Source of the DNA: Candidatus Latescibacterota bacterium | GTDB lineage: Bacteria; Latescibacterota; UBA2968; UBA8231 | NCBI GenBank assembly: GCA_965215195.1 | Contig: CBDCDC010000002.1 | Coordinates: forward strand, 2,816,001 to 2,880,000 | Reading direction: 5' to 3' | Length of the DNA stretch: 64,000 bases | Part shown: piece by piece, positions 1 to 10,041 of the stretch | How positions within the stretch are numbered: position 1 is the first letter of the stretch | Layout of the letters: every line of letters begins with the position of its first letter | Notes under the pieces: model-generated | The model's database searches: none | Seen by the model: only the letters and a program-made list of their open reading frames with translations | What the model was told of the DNA's origin: nothing | Position numbers and translations under genes: made by a program

Positions 1-183
1 GCATCGTGGGTGCCGACCGACGTGGTGCATAGCCCGCTGTTGACCGATCAGCAGACTTGGAGCCACGATCCGTCGCGGCACTTTATGCGAGTGGCGCGGA
101 CGGTGCGGCGCGACGCGATTTTCGGGGATTTGTTTGCGAAACTGGAGCGGCTTCTTTCGCCTGCCGACAGGCGTATTGAATAA
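1..183 (+). CDS. Partial CDS (3' end), probable nucleoside hydrolase family protein
   Basis: Frame 1 is open from the window edge: ASWVPTDVVHSPLLTDQQTWSHDPSRHFMRVARTVRRDAIFGDLFAKL...RRIE*. This resembles the C-terminus of inosine/uridine-preferring nucleoside hydrolase-like proteins. Confidence 0.6.
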   Translation, partial: ASWVPTDVVHSPLLTDQQTWSHDPSRHFMRVARTVRRDAIFGDLFAKLERLLSPADRRIE

Positions 184-319
184 CTGCATCGCTAATTTCT
201 GCTATAACGGCAAGGGGTGCCGCTATGCGACTGTAGAGTTGGGGCAATAGGTGGAGATGAGATATACCGGCGAGGGCGATTAACGGACCGCTGTCCGCGA
301 CCAAGAGCCGTTCACGCAT
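184..319 (-). pseudogene. Truncated DUF3368-type PIN-domain toxin
   Basis: The N-terminus LLVADSGPLIALAGISHLHLLPQLY..I..P.AV..E matches DUF3368 PIN proteins. It overlaps the stop of the upstream UPF0175-like gene. Similarity ends after about 45 aa, where the frame runs into the convergent gene. Confidence 0.65.
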
Positions 320-800
320 TCTTGAATTCGGCGTCTAGTTGATCTTGGTCTGGATCGACTACGGCAACGTTCAGTTGGCTCGCTTTCAGCAGAAATTCAG
401 GCTTTTGCATCCCACTCATTTCAGCCGCTTTGCCAGCGGATATGCGGCGAAGTTCAAAGAGCTTCAAGGCGAGTAGGAACCGAGCTTCGCTCTCGAACTC
501 CTCTGGCTCTAATCCCAGTAATAGCCCTTTGCGCACGGCCTTGATTGCAGCCTCAACAGCAGCGGCAGATAGTTGGTCCGTACCCGCCTTTGTGGACGTT
601 TGCTGCACGGCGTTGACAGCAGCTAGGGCGCGGGCGCTGCGCAAGGTGTCGAGCGATTTTTCCAGCAATTCTTCCGATGTCGCCGCCAGCAAGGCGATTG
701 GCTTGCCATTGGAAGTGATTACCATCTCTCGCTCCTGCGCGAGTTCCTTCCAGATAGCAGCCGATTTCCCGCGCAATTCGCGGACTGAAACAAAGCGCAT
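312..800 (-). CDS. Chimeric antitoxin: Phd/YefM-like N-terminus fused to UPF0175-like C-terminus
   Basis: N-half MRFVSVRELRGKSAAIWKELAQEREMVITSNGKPIALL is Phd/YefM-like. C-half EARFLLALKLFELRRISAGKAAEMSG..K.EFL is UPF0175-like. AGGAG RBS at 807-811. Confidence 0.7.
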   Translation of the reverse strand: MRFVSVRELRGKSAAIWKELAQEREMVITSNGKPIALLAATSEELLEKSLDTLRSARALAAVNAVQQTSTKAGTDQLSAAAVEAAIKAVRKGLLLGLEPEEFESEARFLLALKLFELRRISAGKAAEMSGMQKPEFLLKASQLNVAVVDPDQDQLDAEFKNA

Positions 801-806
801 AAAAAA

Positions 807-852
807 CTCCTTGTGTACATGATAGTGTACACGTCTATAAACTGCCTGTCAA
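807..852 (-). promoter_or_regulatory. Sigma70 promoter with tandem TGTACA operator palindromes
   Basis: On the minus strand: TTGACA (852-847), 17-bp spacer, TACACT (829-824). TGTACA palindromes at 814-819 and 826-831 lie 12 bp apart, as in Phd/YefM autoregulatory operators. Confidence 0.7.
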
Positions 853-890
853 TCATTGCGCCGGAGCGAGTCGATTAGTAGCATACCTCC

Positions 891-3350
891 ATGGCCACCG
901 TCGTCCTCACCGAAAAGCCCAGCGTGGCGCGCGATATTGCCCGGGTCCTAGGGGCCACCAAGCGCGGCCAAGGCTATCTCAAAGGCAACGGCTATATCGT
1001 CACCTATGCACTAGGGCATCTCGTGCAGTTCGCCGAGCCAGATGATTACGGCCCGCCTTGGAACAGCCGTTGGTCCTTTGCCCAGTTGCCGATGATACCG
1101 GAGCAGTGGAAGCTCAAGACAGCGCGCTCAACCTCCGACCAGTACCAAATCGTCAAAAAATTGCTCAACAGCCCGCAGACCGAGCGCGTCATTTGCGCTA
1201 CGGACGCCGGGCGCGAGGGCGAGCACATCTTTCGCCTGATCTACGAGCACGCCCGCTGCAAAAAGCCGTTTCGCCGGCTGTGGGTTTCGAGCCTGACCGA
1301 CGAGGCCATTCGGGGCGGCTTCCGCGCCTTGCAGGAGGGAGCGGCTTTCGATCACCTCGCGGCGGCCGCGCGGGCGCGGGGCCAAGCCGACTGGCTGATG
1401 GGCATGAACCTGACCCGCGCCTATACCGTCCACAACAAGGCGCTCTGCACCATCGGCCGGGTGCAGACGCCGACCCTGTCCATGGTGGTCAAGCGCGATG
1501 CGGCGATTGCCAGTTTTGTAAAGGCGTACTTTTACGAGTTGGTGGCCCAGCTAAAAGAGGGCTTTGCCGCCAAGTACTGCAAAGACGGCCAGACGCGCAT
1601 TGACAAAAAGGAGGAGGCCGAGCGCCTGCATCGCCAGCTCAGCCCCAACAAGGTCGGCACCGTCCGCAAAATTGACAAAAAAATCAAAAGACGCCGGCCA
1701 CCCGCCCTCTACGACCTCAACAACCTCCAGCGCGACGCCAACCGCTGCTTTGGCTTTACCGCAGCGCAAACCCTCGAACGCGCCCAAGCCCTGTACGAAA
1801 CCCACAAGCTCATCACGTACCCGCGCACCGAGAGCCGCCACATCTCCGAGGACATGGTGCCCAAGCTGCCCGGCATCCTAGAAAAGCTAGCGCACCCGCA
1901 GGCAGCGGCTGCGCTGGCGCGCCTGCGCGGCGGGCACCGGCTCGGCCGGGCCTATGTCGATCGCACCAAGCTGACCGATCACCACGCCATCATTCCCACC
2001 GGACAACAGCCCGCCCCCAACCTTGGACCGGACTTACAGAAGGTGTACGACTTGGTGGTGGCGCGCTTTGTCGGCGTCTTCCTGCCCGACCAAGTGGTCG
2101 AGGAGACGACCGTCTTGCTCGACATCGGCGGTGCCGACTTTGTGGCCAAAGGGTCTGTCGTCTTAGAAGCGGGCTGGACGGTGGTAGCCATGCGGCCAAA
2201 GGGCAAAGAAAAGGAAGAAGACGACCAGCGGGCGCTCCCGCCGTTGCAACAAGGCCAGCAAGTTCACGTAATGCGCATGGATGTGGTCGAGAAGGAAACC
2301 CAGCCGCCGCGGCCGTACACAGACGCCACGCTTTTGGCGGCCATGAAGAACGCCGGCCGCGAAATCGAGGACGACGAGCTAGCCGCAGCCATGAAGGAAT
2401 CGGGGCTGGGCACGCCGGCCACGCGGGCCGAAACCATTGAAAAGCTGATTCGCACCGGCTATGTAGCCCGCGACCGCAAGGCGATCACCGCGACCGAGAA
2501 GGGCAAAGCACTGGTGAGTTTGGTAGCCGAACCGCTGCGCAGCCCGGAGCTGACGGCCGAATGGGAGCAGCAGCTCAAGGAAGTCGAGGAAGGGCAGCGG
2601 CCGGTGGCGGGGTTTTACGAAGGGATCGCCGACTTGGTGAGGTCGGTGGTGCCCAAGGTCCAACAGGGGCCGGCACTTTCGCCCGAGCAAGCGGCGCAGG
2701 CACAAGGGAAGCAGAGGGGCAAGGGTAAGGGCCGCGGCAAGGTGTTGGGGCCTTGTCCCAAGTGCAAAGAGGGCCAAGTAGCAGAAAACGCCAAAGCGTA
2801 CGGATGCAGCCGCTACCGGGAGGGCTGCAACTTTACTATCTGGAAGACGGTGGCGCGCAAGCGGCTGAGCGAAAAGCAGGCGCAGTTGTTGATGGCCAAC
2901 GGCCGCACCGAAAAGATGCAGGGCTTTATCTCCAAGGCCGGCAAGAAGTTTGCGGCGCGGCTCAAATTCGACGAGGAGTTCAAGGTCGTCTTTGAGTTTG
3001 ACGAGCGGCCGCGCAATGGCTCCGCAAGGTCGGAGGGACGCCCCCCGCCTCAGAAGAAACCGCCAGAGAAGATTGCCTCCCTCACCTGCCCCAAGTGTCG
3101 GCAAGGCCAAATCATCGAGGGCCAGCGCGGCTTTGGCTGCAATCGCTATCGCGAGGGGTGCAACTTTGTGGTGTGGAAGGAAATGGCGGGCAAGAAGCTA
3201 ACGGAACGGCAGATACAGACCTTGATCGCCAAAGGCAAAACCGGAGTTATCAAGGGCTTCAAGAGCAAAAAGGGCGGCAAGTTCGACGCGCGATTGAAGT
3301 TAGGGCCGGAGTGCAAGGCCGCGTTTGATTTTCCCGCTGACGTGCGCTGA
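891..3350 (+). CDS. topB: DNA topoisomerase III with C-terminal Zn-ribbon/Toprim C-terminal repeats
   Basis: Motifs EKPSVA, DAGREGE, GRVQTPTL, catalytic ITYPRT and GLGTPATRA; two CPKC...GCxxYREGCNFxxWK repeats. Confidence 0.95.
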   Translation: MATVVLTEKPSVARDIARVLGATKRGQGYLKGNGYIVTYALGHLVQFAEPDDYGPPWNSRWSFAQLPMIPEQWKLKTARSTSDQYQIVKKLLNSPQTERVICATDAGREGEHIFRLIYEHARCKKPFRRLWVSSLTDEAIRGGFRALQEGAAFDHLAAAARARGQADWLMGMNLTRAYTVHNKALCTIGRVQTPTLSMVVKRDAAIASFVKAYFYELVAQLKEGFAAKYCKDGQTRIDKKEEAERLHRQLSPNKVGTVRKIDKKIKRRRPPALYDLNNLQRDANRCFGFTAAQTLERAQALYETHKLITYPRTESRHISEDMVPKLPGILEKLAHPQAAAALARLRGGHRLGRAYVDRTKLTDHHAIIPTGQQPAPNLGPDLQKVYDLVVARFVGVFLPDQVVEETTVLLDIGGADFVAKGSVVLEAGWTVVAMRPKGKEKEEDDQRALPPLQQGQQVHVMRMDVVEKETQPPRPYTDATLLAAMKNAGREIEDDELAAAMKESGLGTPATRAETIEKLIRTGYVARDRKAITATEKGKALVSLVAEPLRSPELTAEWEQQLKEVEEGQRPVAGFYEGIADLVRSVVPKVQQGPALSPEQAAQAQGKQRGKGKGRGKVLGPCPKCKEGQVAENAKAYGCSRYREGCNFTIWKTVARKRLSEKQAQLLMANGRTEKMQGFISKAGKKFAARLKFDEEFKVVFEFDERPRNGSARSEGRPPPQKKPPEKIASLTCPKCRQGQIIEGQRGFGCNRYREGCNFVVWKEMAGKKLTERQIQTLIAKGKTGVIKGFKSKKGGKFDARLKLGPECKAAFDFPADVR

Positions 3351-3351
3351 C

Positions 3352-3930
3352 ATGGCCCTCCAACGCTGCCCGTGGCTGGACCTCGACAAACCCGATTACG
3401 TCGCGTATCACGACCGCGAGTGGGGAGTTCCGGTCCACGACGACCGCAAGCACTTTGAGTTTCTCACCCTCGAATCCGCCCAAGCCGGCCTCAGTTGGTA
3501 CACCGTCCTCCGCAAGCGCGCCAACTACCGCAAAGCCTTCGCCGAATTTGATCCGGCCGAGGTCGCTCGCTTTAGCGCGGCCAAGGTCGAACAGATGCTG
3601 CAAGACCCCGGGCTGATTCGCAATCGCCGCAAAATCGGCGCGGCCGTGGAAAACGCGCGGCGCTTCCTCGCCGTGCAGGACGAATTTGGCAGCTTCGACG
3701 CCTATATCTGGCGCTTTGTCGATGGCAGGCCCATAGTCAACGAGTTTCGCACCCTCGCCGATTTACCGGCCACCAGCCGCGAATCCGACGCCCTGAGCAA
3801 AGACCTCAAAAGCCGCGGCTTCAAGTTCATCGGCTCAACCATCATCTACGCCCACATGCAGGCCACCGGCATGGTCAACGACCACGTCCTCGACTGCTTC
3901 CGCCGCGGCCAAATCCTCGGCGCAGGATAG
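3352..3930 (+). CDS. tag: DNA-3-methyladenine glycosylase I
   Basis: RCPW, YHDREWGVP, LESAQAGLSW, IRNRRKI, MQATGMVNDH..C. Confidence 0.95.
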   Translation: MALQRCPWLDLDKPDYVAYHDREWGVPVHDDRKHFEFLTLESAQAGLSWYTVLRKRANYRKAFAEFDPAEVARFSAAKVEQMLQDPGLIRNRRKIGAAVENARRFLAVQDEFGSFDAYIWRFVDGRPIVNEFRTLADLPATSRESDALSKDLKSRGFKFIGSTIIYAHMQATGMVNDHVLDCFRRGQILGAG

Positions 3931-3940
3931 GAGAGTTCCC

Positions 3941-4090
3941 ATGCTCAACAACGAACAATACCAGTACTTTCAGACCTTTGGCTTCGTCATCCTGCGCCAA
4001 TTTTTCTCCGCCGCCGAAATGCCACCTTGAGCGCAGAGTTTGAAACGGGCCGCGTATGCACATCGCCCCTTTGACGGCTGCCGATGGGGC
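3941..4090 (+). pseudogene. Frameshifted remnant of a PhyH-family dioxygenase
   Basis: GGAGAG RBS, then MLNNEQYQYFQTFGFVILRQFFSAAEM, a typical PhyH N-terminus. It stops at 4030 and continues in other frames (ATLSAEFE, AYAHRPFDG). Confidence 0.55.
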
Positions 4091-4258
4091 CGAGTACGCC
4101 AATCACTCGCAGCCCCTTGCGCCAACGCTGGATCGAGCGATTGGACGCCCTCGGATTCCTGCATCCGGCGGCCTGAGCCTCGGGCGCAAAATTGCCAAAC
4201 TAGCGCGGCTTGCGTACCGTTCCCGATCCGCCCCTTTTACCCCACCAAGGAGCCTCTC

Positions 4259-5245
4259 ATGCACGTGGGCACCCAGCAGTTCAACACATCGGACGAAGAC
4301 CTCGAATACCTAGCCCGCCACGGGGTCTTCAACAAGAACGAAAACTTCATCGCGTTTCACCGCGAATATGGTTGGGACGTCGAAGAGTTGGTCGCCAAGA
4401 AGGAAAAGTGCGCTCGCTTCGGCATCGCCATGGAAATGGTCGCCCTGCCCATGGCCCAGTTCAACATCAACGGCGAGAGCGTACCCAACTTCATGATGGG
4501 CAACTACGAAGAGGGCGATAAGGAGATTGAGCTGGTCGTCAACATGGTGCGGCAAGCGGCTGAAGCCGGCATTCCAGCCATCAAATACTACCTCTGCGCC
4601 CTCGAAAACCAGCGCACCGAGAGCACCCCCCCGGGCCGCGGCGGCTCCATTTACAGCACTTGGGACCTCGCAAAGGCCGACGCTGATACGCCGCGCTACG
4701 ACCAACCGGTCACCGCAGAGGAAAACTGGCGTCGCATCACGTACTTCTTGGAAAGGGTCATCCCGGTCGCCACCGAGTGCAAGGTCCGCATGGCCTGCCA
4801 CCCCTGCGACCCGTGGCTGCCGCCCGGCTTTAAGGGCGTCGATCGCGTGATGGGCGGCTTTGAGGGCTTCAAGCAGTTTATCGAGATCTGCCCCAGCCCC
4901 TATCACGGCGTCAATCTCTGCTTGGGCTGCATGGCCGAAAGCGTCGATGACCCGCTCAACGAGGTCCCCGAAATCATCCGCTACTTAGGCTCGCGCAACA
5001 AAATTTTCCTCTGCCACTTCCGCAACATCGTCGGCAAGCGCAACAAGTTCCAAGAGGTCTGGCCGGATGAGGGGGTGATGAACATGCACCGCAACATGCA
5101 GGCCCTCAAAGAAGTGGGCTATCAGCACATGTGCGTCCCGGATCACGCGCCCGGGCACAAGGATCCCCACAGTATGCGCCAGGCTTGGGCCTATGAATTT
5201 GGCTATATACAGGCCATGATTCAGGCGGTGATGGACGAGAATTGA
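4259..5245 (+). CDS. Mannonate dehydratase (UxuA-like) family protein
   Basis: AAGGAG RBS; motifs HPCDP, HGVNLCLG, HFRNI, DEG..NM, PDHAP and GYIQAMIQA. Confidence 0.85.
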   Translation: MHVGTQQFNTSDEDLEYLARHGVFNKNENFIAFHREYGWDVEELVAKKEKCARFGIAMEMVALPMAQFNINGESVPNFMMGNYEEGDKEIELVVNMVRQAAEAGIPAIKYYLCALENQRTESTPPGRGGSIYSTWDLAKADADTPRYDQPVTAEENWRRITYFLERVIPVATECKVRMACHPCDPWLPPGFKGVDRVMGGFEGFKQFIEICPSPYHGVNLCLGCMAESVDDPLNEVPEIIRYLGSRNKIFLCHFRNIVGKRNKFQEVWPDEGVMNMHRNMQALKEVGYQHMCVPDHAPGHKDPHSMRQAWAYEFGYIQAMIQAVMDEN

Positions 5246-5312
5246 GCGCGTACGTGCCACATTTTCCGGCAAGGGGCCACGGGTGGCCTCTTGCCGAGCG
5301 CACTAGGTGCCC

Positions 5313-6140
5313 ATGAGCACCGCCCATCCGCTGCGCGACATTGAGCGCATCAACGGGCCGCCCGGCCCGTATCTCGAAGCAATCGGCACTGTCTTCGCCG
5401 TCTTCGGCGCACCCACCCAAGACTCCGGCAATGTCTCCTATGGCGTGCAGGTCGGCGGCGAGCGCTTCTTCGTCAAAACCACCGATCCCGAGGCCGAGGT
5501 CTTCGGCGACCACGCGACCCGCGTGGCATTGCTGTACAATGCGGCTCGGCTCAGGCGTACCTGTGATCATCCGACCTTGCCAGTTCTGCATGGCATCGTC
5601 GAAACCGCGCACGGCCCGGCGCTCGTGTACGACTGGGTTGATGGCGAGTGCCTATACGGTGGACGCGCCGATCCGCAATCGGCGCATCGGCGATTTTGCC
5701 ACCTGCCCGCCGAAGCCATTTTGGCCATGCTCGACGCGATCTACGATTTGCACGTCCGGCTCGTCCAACACGGGTGGATTGCCGTGGATTTCTACGACGG
5801 CTGCCTGATGTACGACTTTGAGCGCCGAGCAGCGCACGTCGTGGATCTCGACATGTATCACTTCGGGGCGTTCACCAATCAGATGGGGCGGATGTTTGGC
5901 TCAACGCGCTTTATGGCTCCAGAGGAATTTGAGCGCGGCGCGCTAATCGACGAGCGCACGACCGTCTTTGCCATGGGCCGCGCCGCAATCGCATTCCTCG
6001 GCGACAACATCGGCGGTGCTGTGGGGGGGGTCGTGCAGTGCGCCTGTCGCGAGGAGCGCGAAGCGCGTTACGGTTCTATGGAGGAGTTTCGCGCTGCTTG
6101 GCAGCAGGCGCGGCGGCTAGGGCGCGGCTGTACCCTTTAG
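5313..6140 (+). CDS. Protein-kinase-like protein
   Basis: QDSGNVSYGV..FFVK, DFYDG catalytic-loop equivalent, VVDLD, GSTRFMAPEE, TVFAMG. Confidence 0.8.
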   Translation: MSTAHPLRDIERINGPPGPYLEAIGTVFAVFGAPTQDSGNVSYGVQVGGERFFVKTTDPEAEVFGDHATRVALLYNAARLRRTCDHPTLPVLHGIVETAHGPALVYDWVDGECLYGGRADPQSAHRRFCHLPAEAILAMLDAIYDLHVRLVQHGWIAVDFYDGCLMYDFERRAAHVVDLDMYHFGAFTNQMGRMFGSTRFMAPEEFERGALIDERTTVFAMGRAAIAFLGDNIGGAVGGVVQCACREEREARYGSMEEFRAAWQQARRLGRGCTL

Positions 6141-6258
6141 GTGCCAACGCCGTAGCGCCTAGTTCCCACTCTGCACTTCAACATCCTTACCAACCTCAGA
6201 GCACATCCCCGTTGGCACGGTTCTTGTTTCTTTTTTTGTCTCAACAGAAAGGAACCGC

Positions 6259-7785
6259 ATGCCCTCCACTGTCCTCTCAGCCGCCACGCTCGGGATTGAC
6301 GCGTACCCGATCCACGTCGAAGTCGATACTGACCGCAGCTTGCCGACCTTCACAGTCGTCGGCCTGCCCGACTCCGCAGTGCGCGAAAGTAAGGAGCGCG
6401 TCTTAGCGGCCATCAAAAACGCTGGCTATCAGTGGCCGCGCCGCAAAATTACCATCAATCTCGCACCGGCCGACCGCAAGAAGGAAGGCTCGGCTTTCGA
6501 CCTGCCCATAGCCGTCGGCGTCTTGGCGGCCTCCCAACAGATCAAGCCCGTGTGCCTCGCCGAGTTCGCGCTCTTGGGCGAGCTGTCGCTCAACGGCAGC
6601 GTGCGCCCGGTCCACGGCATGCTTTCTATGGCCACGTCCCTGCACCAGCAGGGCCTCTATGGCATGATCGTGCCGACGCAAAACGCCCGCGAGGCCGCCA
6701 TTGCCAATGGGCCGCTCGTCTATGGCGTCAGTTCGCTGAGCGAAGCGCTGGCCATTTTGACCGGCGATGCGCACCAACGGCCCTATGAATTGAACGTGGA
6801 GGAGGTGTTTCGCAGCAATGCCAACTACGGGGTTGACTTTGCGGAAGTGCGCGGCCAAGATCACGCCAAGCGCGCCCTCGAAGTCGCCGCCAGCGGAGGG
6901 CACAATTTGCTCATGGTCGGCCCGCCCGGCTCGGGCAAGACCATGCTCGCCCGCCGCCTGCCCACGATCCTCCCGGCACCAACCCTGCAAGAAGCGCTCG
7001 CCACCACCAAAATTCATTCGGTCGCCGGCATCCTTCCCATAGGCCAAGCCCTAGTCGCCACCCGGCCCTTCCGCGCTCCGCATCACACCATCTCGGACGC
7101 CGGCCTCATCGGCGGCGGTGCGTACCCCCGCCCGGGCGAGGTGTCGCTCTCCCACCACGGCGTGCTCTTTCTCGACGAGCTGCCCGAGTTTCGCCGCAAC
7201 GTCGTCGAAGCCCTGCGCCAGCCACTTGAAGACCACACAGTCACCATCACGCGGGCGCAGATCGCGCTCGCCTATCCAGCGGATTTTACCCTCGTCGCGG
7301 CGATGAATCCCTGCCCCTGCGGCTATCTTGCGGACCCCCGTCGCACCTGCACCTGCTCTCCGGCAGCAATCCGCCGCTATCGCGCGCGCGTTTCCGGGCC
7401 GCTCCTCGATCGCATCGACATCCACATTGAAGTGCCAGCCCTCGCCTACGACGACTTGGCCAACAAACAAGGCGGCGAAGACTCAGCGCAAATCCGCCAG
7501 CGCGTCAACGCCGCCCGCCAGCGGCAACTCGACCGCTTTGCCGGCGAGCTATTCTGCAACGCTCAGATGAGTACGCGGCACATCCGCCGCCACTGTGCGC
7601 TCGACGCCGCCGGGCAGGCCCTCCTCGAAAAGGCCATGGCCCGCCTCGGTCTCTCGGCCCGGGCCTACGACCGCATCCTCAAAGTTGCCCGCACCATAGC
7701 CGACTTGGCCGACGCCCCGATCCAGTCGCAGCACTTAGCGGAAGCCATACAATATCGGGCACTGGATCGCAGCATCCTTCAGTAG
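6259..7785 (+). CDS. comM: YifB/ComM family Mg-chelatase-like AAA+ ATPase
   Basis: VGLPDSAVRES, INLAPAD, GPPGSGKT, PFRAPHH, GVLFLDE, AAMNPCPCG, GPLLDRID. Confidence 0.92.
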   Translation: MPSTVLSAATLGIDAYPIHVEVDTDRSLPTFTVVGLPDSAVRESKERVLAAIKNAGYQWPRRKITINLAPADRKKEGSAFDLPIAVGVLAASQQIKPVCLAEFALLGELSLNGSVRPVHGMLSMATSLHQQGLYGMIVPTQNAREAAIANGPLVYGVSSLSEALAILTGDAHQRPYELNVEEVFRSNANYGVDFAEVRGQDHAKRALEVAASGGHNLLMVGPPGSGKTMLARRLPTILPAPTLQEALATTKIHSVAGILPIGQALVATRPFRAPHHTISDAGLIGGGAYPRPGEVSLSHHGVLFLDELPEFRRNVVEALRQPLEDHTVTITRAQIALAYPADFTLVAAMNPCPCGYLADPRRTCTCSPAAIRRYRARVSGPLLDRIDIHIEVPALAYDDLANKQGGEDSAQIRQRVNAARQRQLDRFAGELFCNAQMSTRHIRRHCALDAAGQALLEKAMARLGLSARAYDRILKVARTIADLADAPIQSQHLAEAIQYRALDRSILQ

Positions 7786-7885
7786 CTGGGAACCCAGCGG
7801 AGGCCCGCACACCCAACGTAGCGCATTAAGTTCCCGCGCTTCATATTCCTGTATCGCCGTTTCCACCCCTAAGAAGGAACCGATC

Positions 7886-8815
7886 ATGGCCTCTAGTCCC
7901 GACCCGCGAATCCCCTGGTACACCCCGGTCGGCGCGGTAACAGTAGAAAAGCATACCCCGGACAAACTGCACCAAGGCAAGGTGCTGGCCGCTGTCCAAG
8001 CCCACGCGGATGATATTCCCCTCTTCTGCGCCGGTCTCGTCGCCAAGCTCATCGCCGAAGGCTACACCGCCTATTTGATCCAGACCACCAACGACGAGAA
8101 GTGCGGACCGGGCACGATGGGCGAGACTATCCTCCAAAACGAGCGCGAAGTCGAAGTGCTAGCCGGAGAGTTGGGCTTCAAACAGGTCATCCACCTCGGC
8201 TACCGCAATCACTTCCTCGACGAAGCCGCCCCCACCGAGCTGAGGGCCCGACTGGTCTTTCTGATCCGCGCCCTCAAAATCGACACCATCACCACCTTTA
8301 GCCCTTGGGGCCACTGGGAGGAAAACCCGGATCACTACATCACTGGCCAAGCGGTCGAAGCGGCGCGCTGGATGGCCGGCATGGGCAAGGATTACCCCGA
8401 ACAACTAGCTTGCGGCCTCCAGCCTCACTCGGTCAAAGACCTCTATTACTGGACCTGCCGCCCGGGCCAGCCCTACAACACGGTCGTCGATATAGCTCCT
8501 CATCTCGACGCAAAGGTCGCCGCCATGAGTGCCAACAAGGCCCAAGGGCCGGCGGGTGCCCACGGCCGCCGCCTCAAGGAACGGCTGGCGCACCAAGGCA
8601 AGCACCTGCCCGCCTTGGGCGGCAGCGACGAGGAGGCCGACCGCCAGTACATCCGCCTCTTTGGCTTGCAAGAGTACCAGCGCCTCGGTGCACCCTACGG
8701 CTTGGACTACGCCGAGGCGTTCTACTACATGCCGCCCGGCGGCACCTTTACCGGCGCGATGAGCCCAGCGGAGATCGAGCACTACATCGAAGAGCACGCC
8801 GAGGACTTGGGCTGA
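7886..8815 (+). CDS. PIG-L family deacetylase
   Basis: AHADD metal motif, ENPDH, final AEAF motif. Confidence 0.85.
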   Translation: MASSPDPRIPWYTPVGAVTVEKHTPDKLHQGKVLAAVQAHADDIPLFCAGLVAKLIAEGYTAYLIQTTNDEKCGPGTMGETILQNEREVEVLAGELGFKQVIHLGYRNHFLDEAAPTELRARLVFLIRALKIDTITTFSPWGHWEENPDHYITGQAVEAARWMAGMGKDYPEQLACGLQPHSVKDLYYWTCRPGQPYNTVVDIAPHLDAKVAAMSANKAQGPAGAHGRRLKERLAHQGKHLPALGGSDEEADRQYIRLFGLQEYQRLGAPYGLDYAEAFYYMPPGGTFTGAMSPAEIEHYIEEHAEDLG

Positions 8816-8925
8816 GAAGCGTCGGATTGCGCTGTTGCGGAACAGAGCCTGAAAGACAGCGAGAAATTTACAATTCAATGGGGATTCCTTTAATTTGCCG
8901 CACAAACGGATTGGGAGAAGCCGCG

Positions 8926-9810
8926 ATGAAACTCACGACGGAACAGATCGCAGAATTCAACACCCGCGGCGTCATCATCGCCCGCGGGGTGCTTACCCAC
9001 GACGATTTGCAGTCGGTGATCGACGAGCTATCGGCGTGGATTGACGCACGGGCGCGGACGCTGTATGAGGCGGGCGAAATAGCAGACCTGCACGAGGACG
9101 CCCGGTTTGCCACGCGCTACGGCTTGCTGTTCAAACAGTGCCCGGACATCGGGCGCGGAATGGACATTATGCACTATCGGGGCCGGGCCATGTTCGCATT
9201 CCTCCGCAATGAAAACTTGCTCGACCTCCTCGAGTCCCTCCTGGGTCCCGAGCTGACTTGCAACCCCATCCAGCACTTGCGGGCCAAGCCGCCGCAAGCC
9301 TACGAAAACCGCGATGGCCCTTCCTTCCACAACGCGCCCTGGCACCAAGACGCCGGCGTGATGATGCCGGAAGCCGAAGGCTCGGACGTGGTCACCTGCT
9401 GGTTGCCTTTGGCCGCAGCCACGGTAGAGACCGGCTGCATGGAGGTCTTGCCCGGGCTCGTCGAAACCGGCTATCTCCGGCATTTGGCGGCTGGCGGCAC
9501 CACCATCGCCCCCGAGGCCATGCCCCACGTTGAACCCATCCCCTTGGAGTGCAAGCGCGGCGATGTGGTGCTCATGAGCCGCTTTACGCCCCATCGCTCC
9601 ACCCCCAATTACTCCGATCAGTGCCGTTGGTCGCTGGACCTGCGCTACCAGCCCACCGGCGAGCACACCGGCCGCACCGGCCACCCGGACTTTGTGGCGC
9701 GCTCCCGCCGCGATCCGTCCAGCGAACTGACCGACTACGAGGAATGGTGCCGCCTGTGGATGGACGCCTTTGAGCATCCCCGCGGCGTGGTCGCGCACCG
9801 CGGCGAATAG
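8926..9810 (+). CDS. Phytanoyl-CoA dioxygenase (PhyH) family 2OG-Fe(II) oxygenase
   Basis: PWHQD, TCWLPL, GCMEV, GDVVL...H and RWSLDLRY; GGAG RBS before the ATG at 8926. Confidence 0.88.
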   Translation: MKLTTEQIAEFNTRGVIIARGVLTHDDLQSVIDELSAWIDARARTLYEAGEIADLHEDARFATRYGLLFKQCPDIGRGMDIMHYRGRAMFAFLRNENLLDLLESLLGPELTCNPIQHLRAKPPQAYENRDGPSFHNAPWHQDAGVMMPEAEGSDVVTCWLPLAAATVETGCMEVLPGLVETGYLRHLAAGGTTIAPEAMPHVEPIPLECKRGDVVLMSRFTPHRSTPNYSDQCRWSLDLRYQPTGEHTGRTGHPDFVARSRRDPSSELTDYEEWCRLWMDAFEHPRGVVAHRGE

Positions 9811-10041
9811 AAGAAGTGACCTATTCGACATGGGCATCCGGGCAAACTGTATTTGAGCACTTTGCAGTGGACAGGCGTTATCAGGTATCAGAGACGTATT
9901 GGCCGAGATGCTTACAATGACGCGGGTAAAGTGGCCTATTGTTAAAATACCTTGAAAGGCAATGCCGCGGATGCCACAGAAACGCATTGCTATATATGAA
10001 GCGTCTATAATCCATGATCTATCTGTGAAAGGAGTCGTTGC

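Noticed and set aside
8305-8925. N-terminal extension giving a 501-aa ORF
   Set aside because: It overlaps the PIG-L gene out of frame; the PhyH gene has an RBS and a typical start at 8926.
9830-9950. Possible GNAT toxin remnant (FAVDRRYQ ... IGRD in different frames)
   Set aside because: Too short and fragmented to support without a search.
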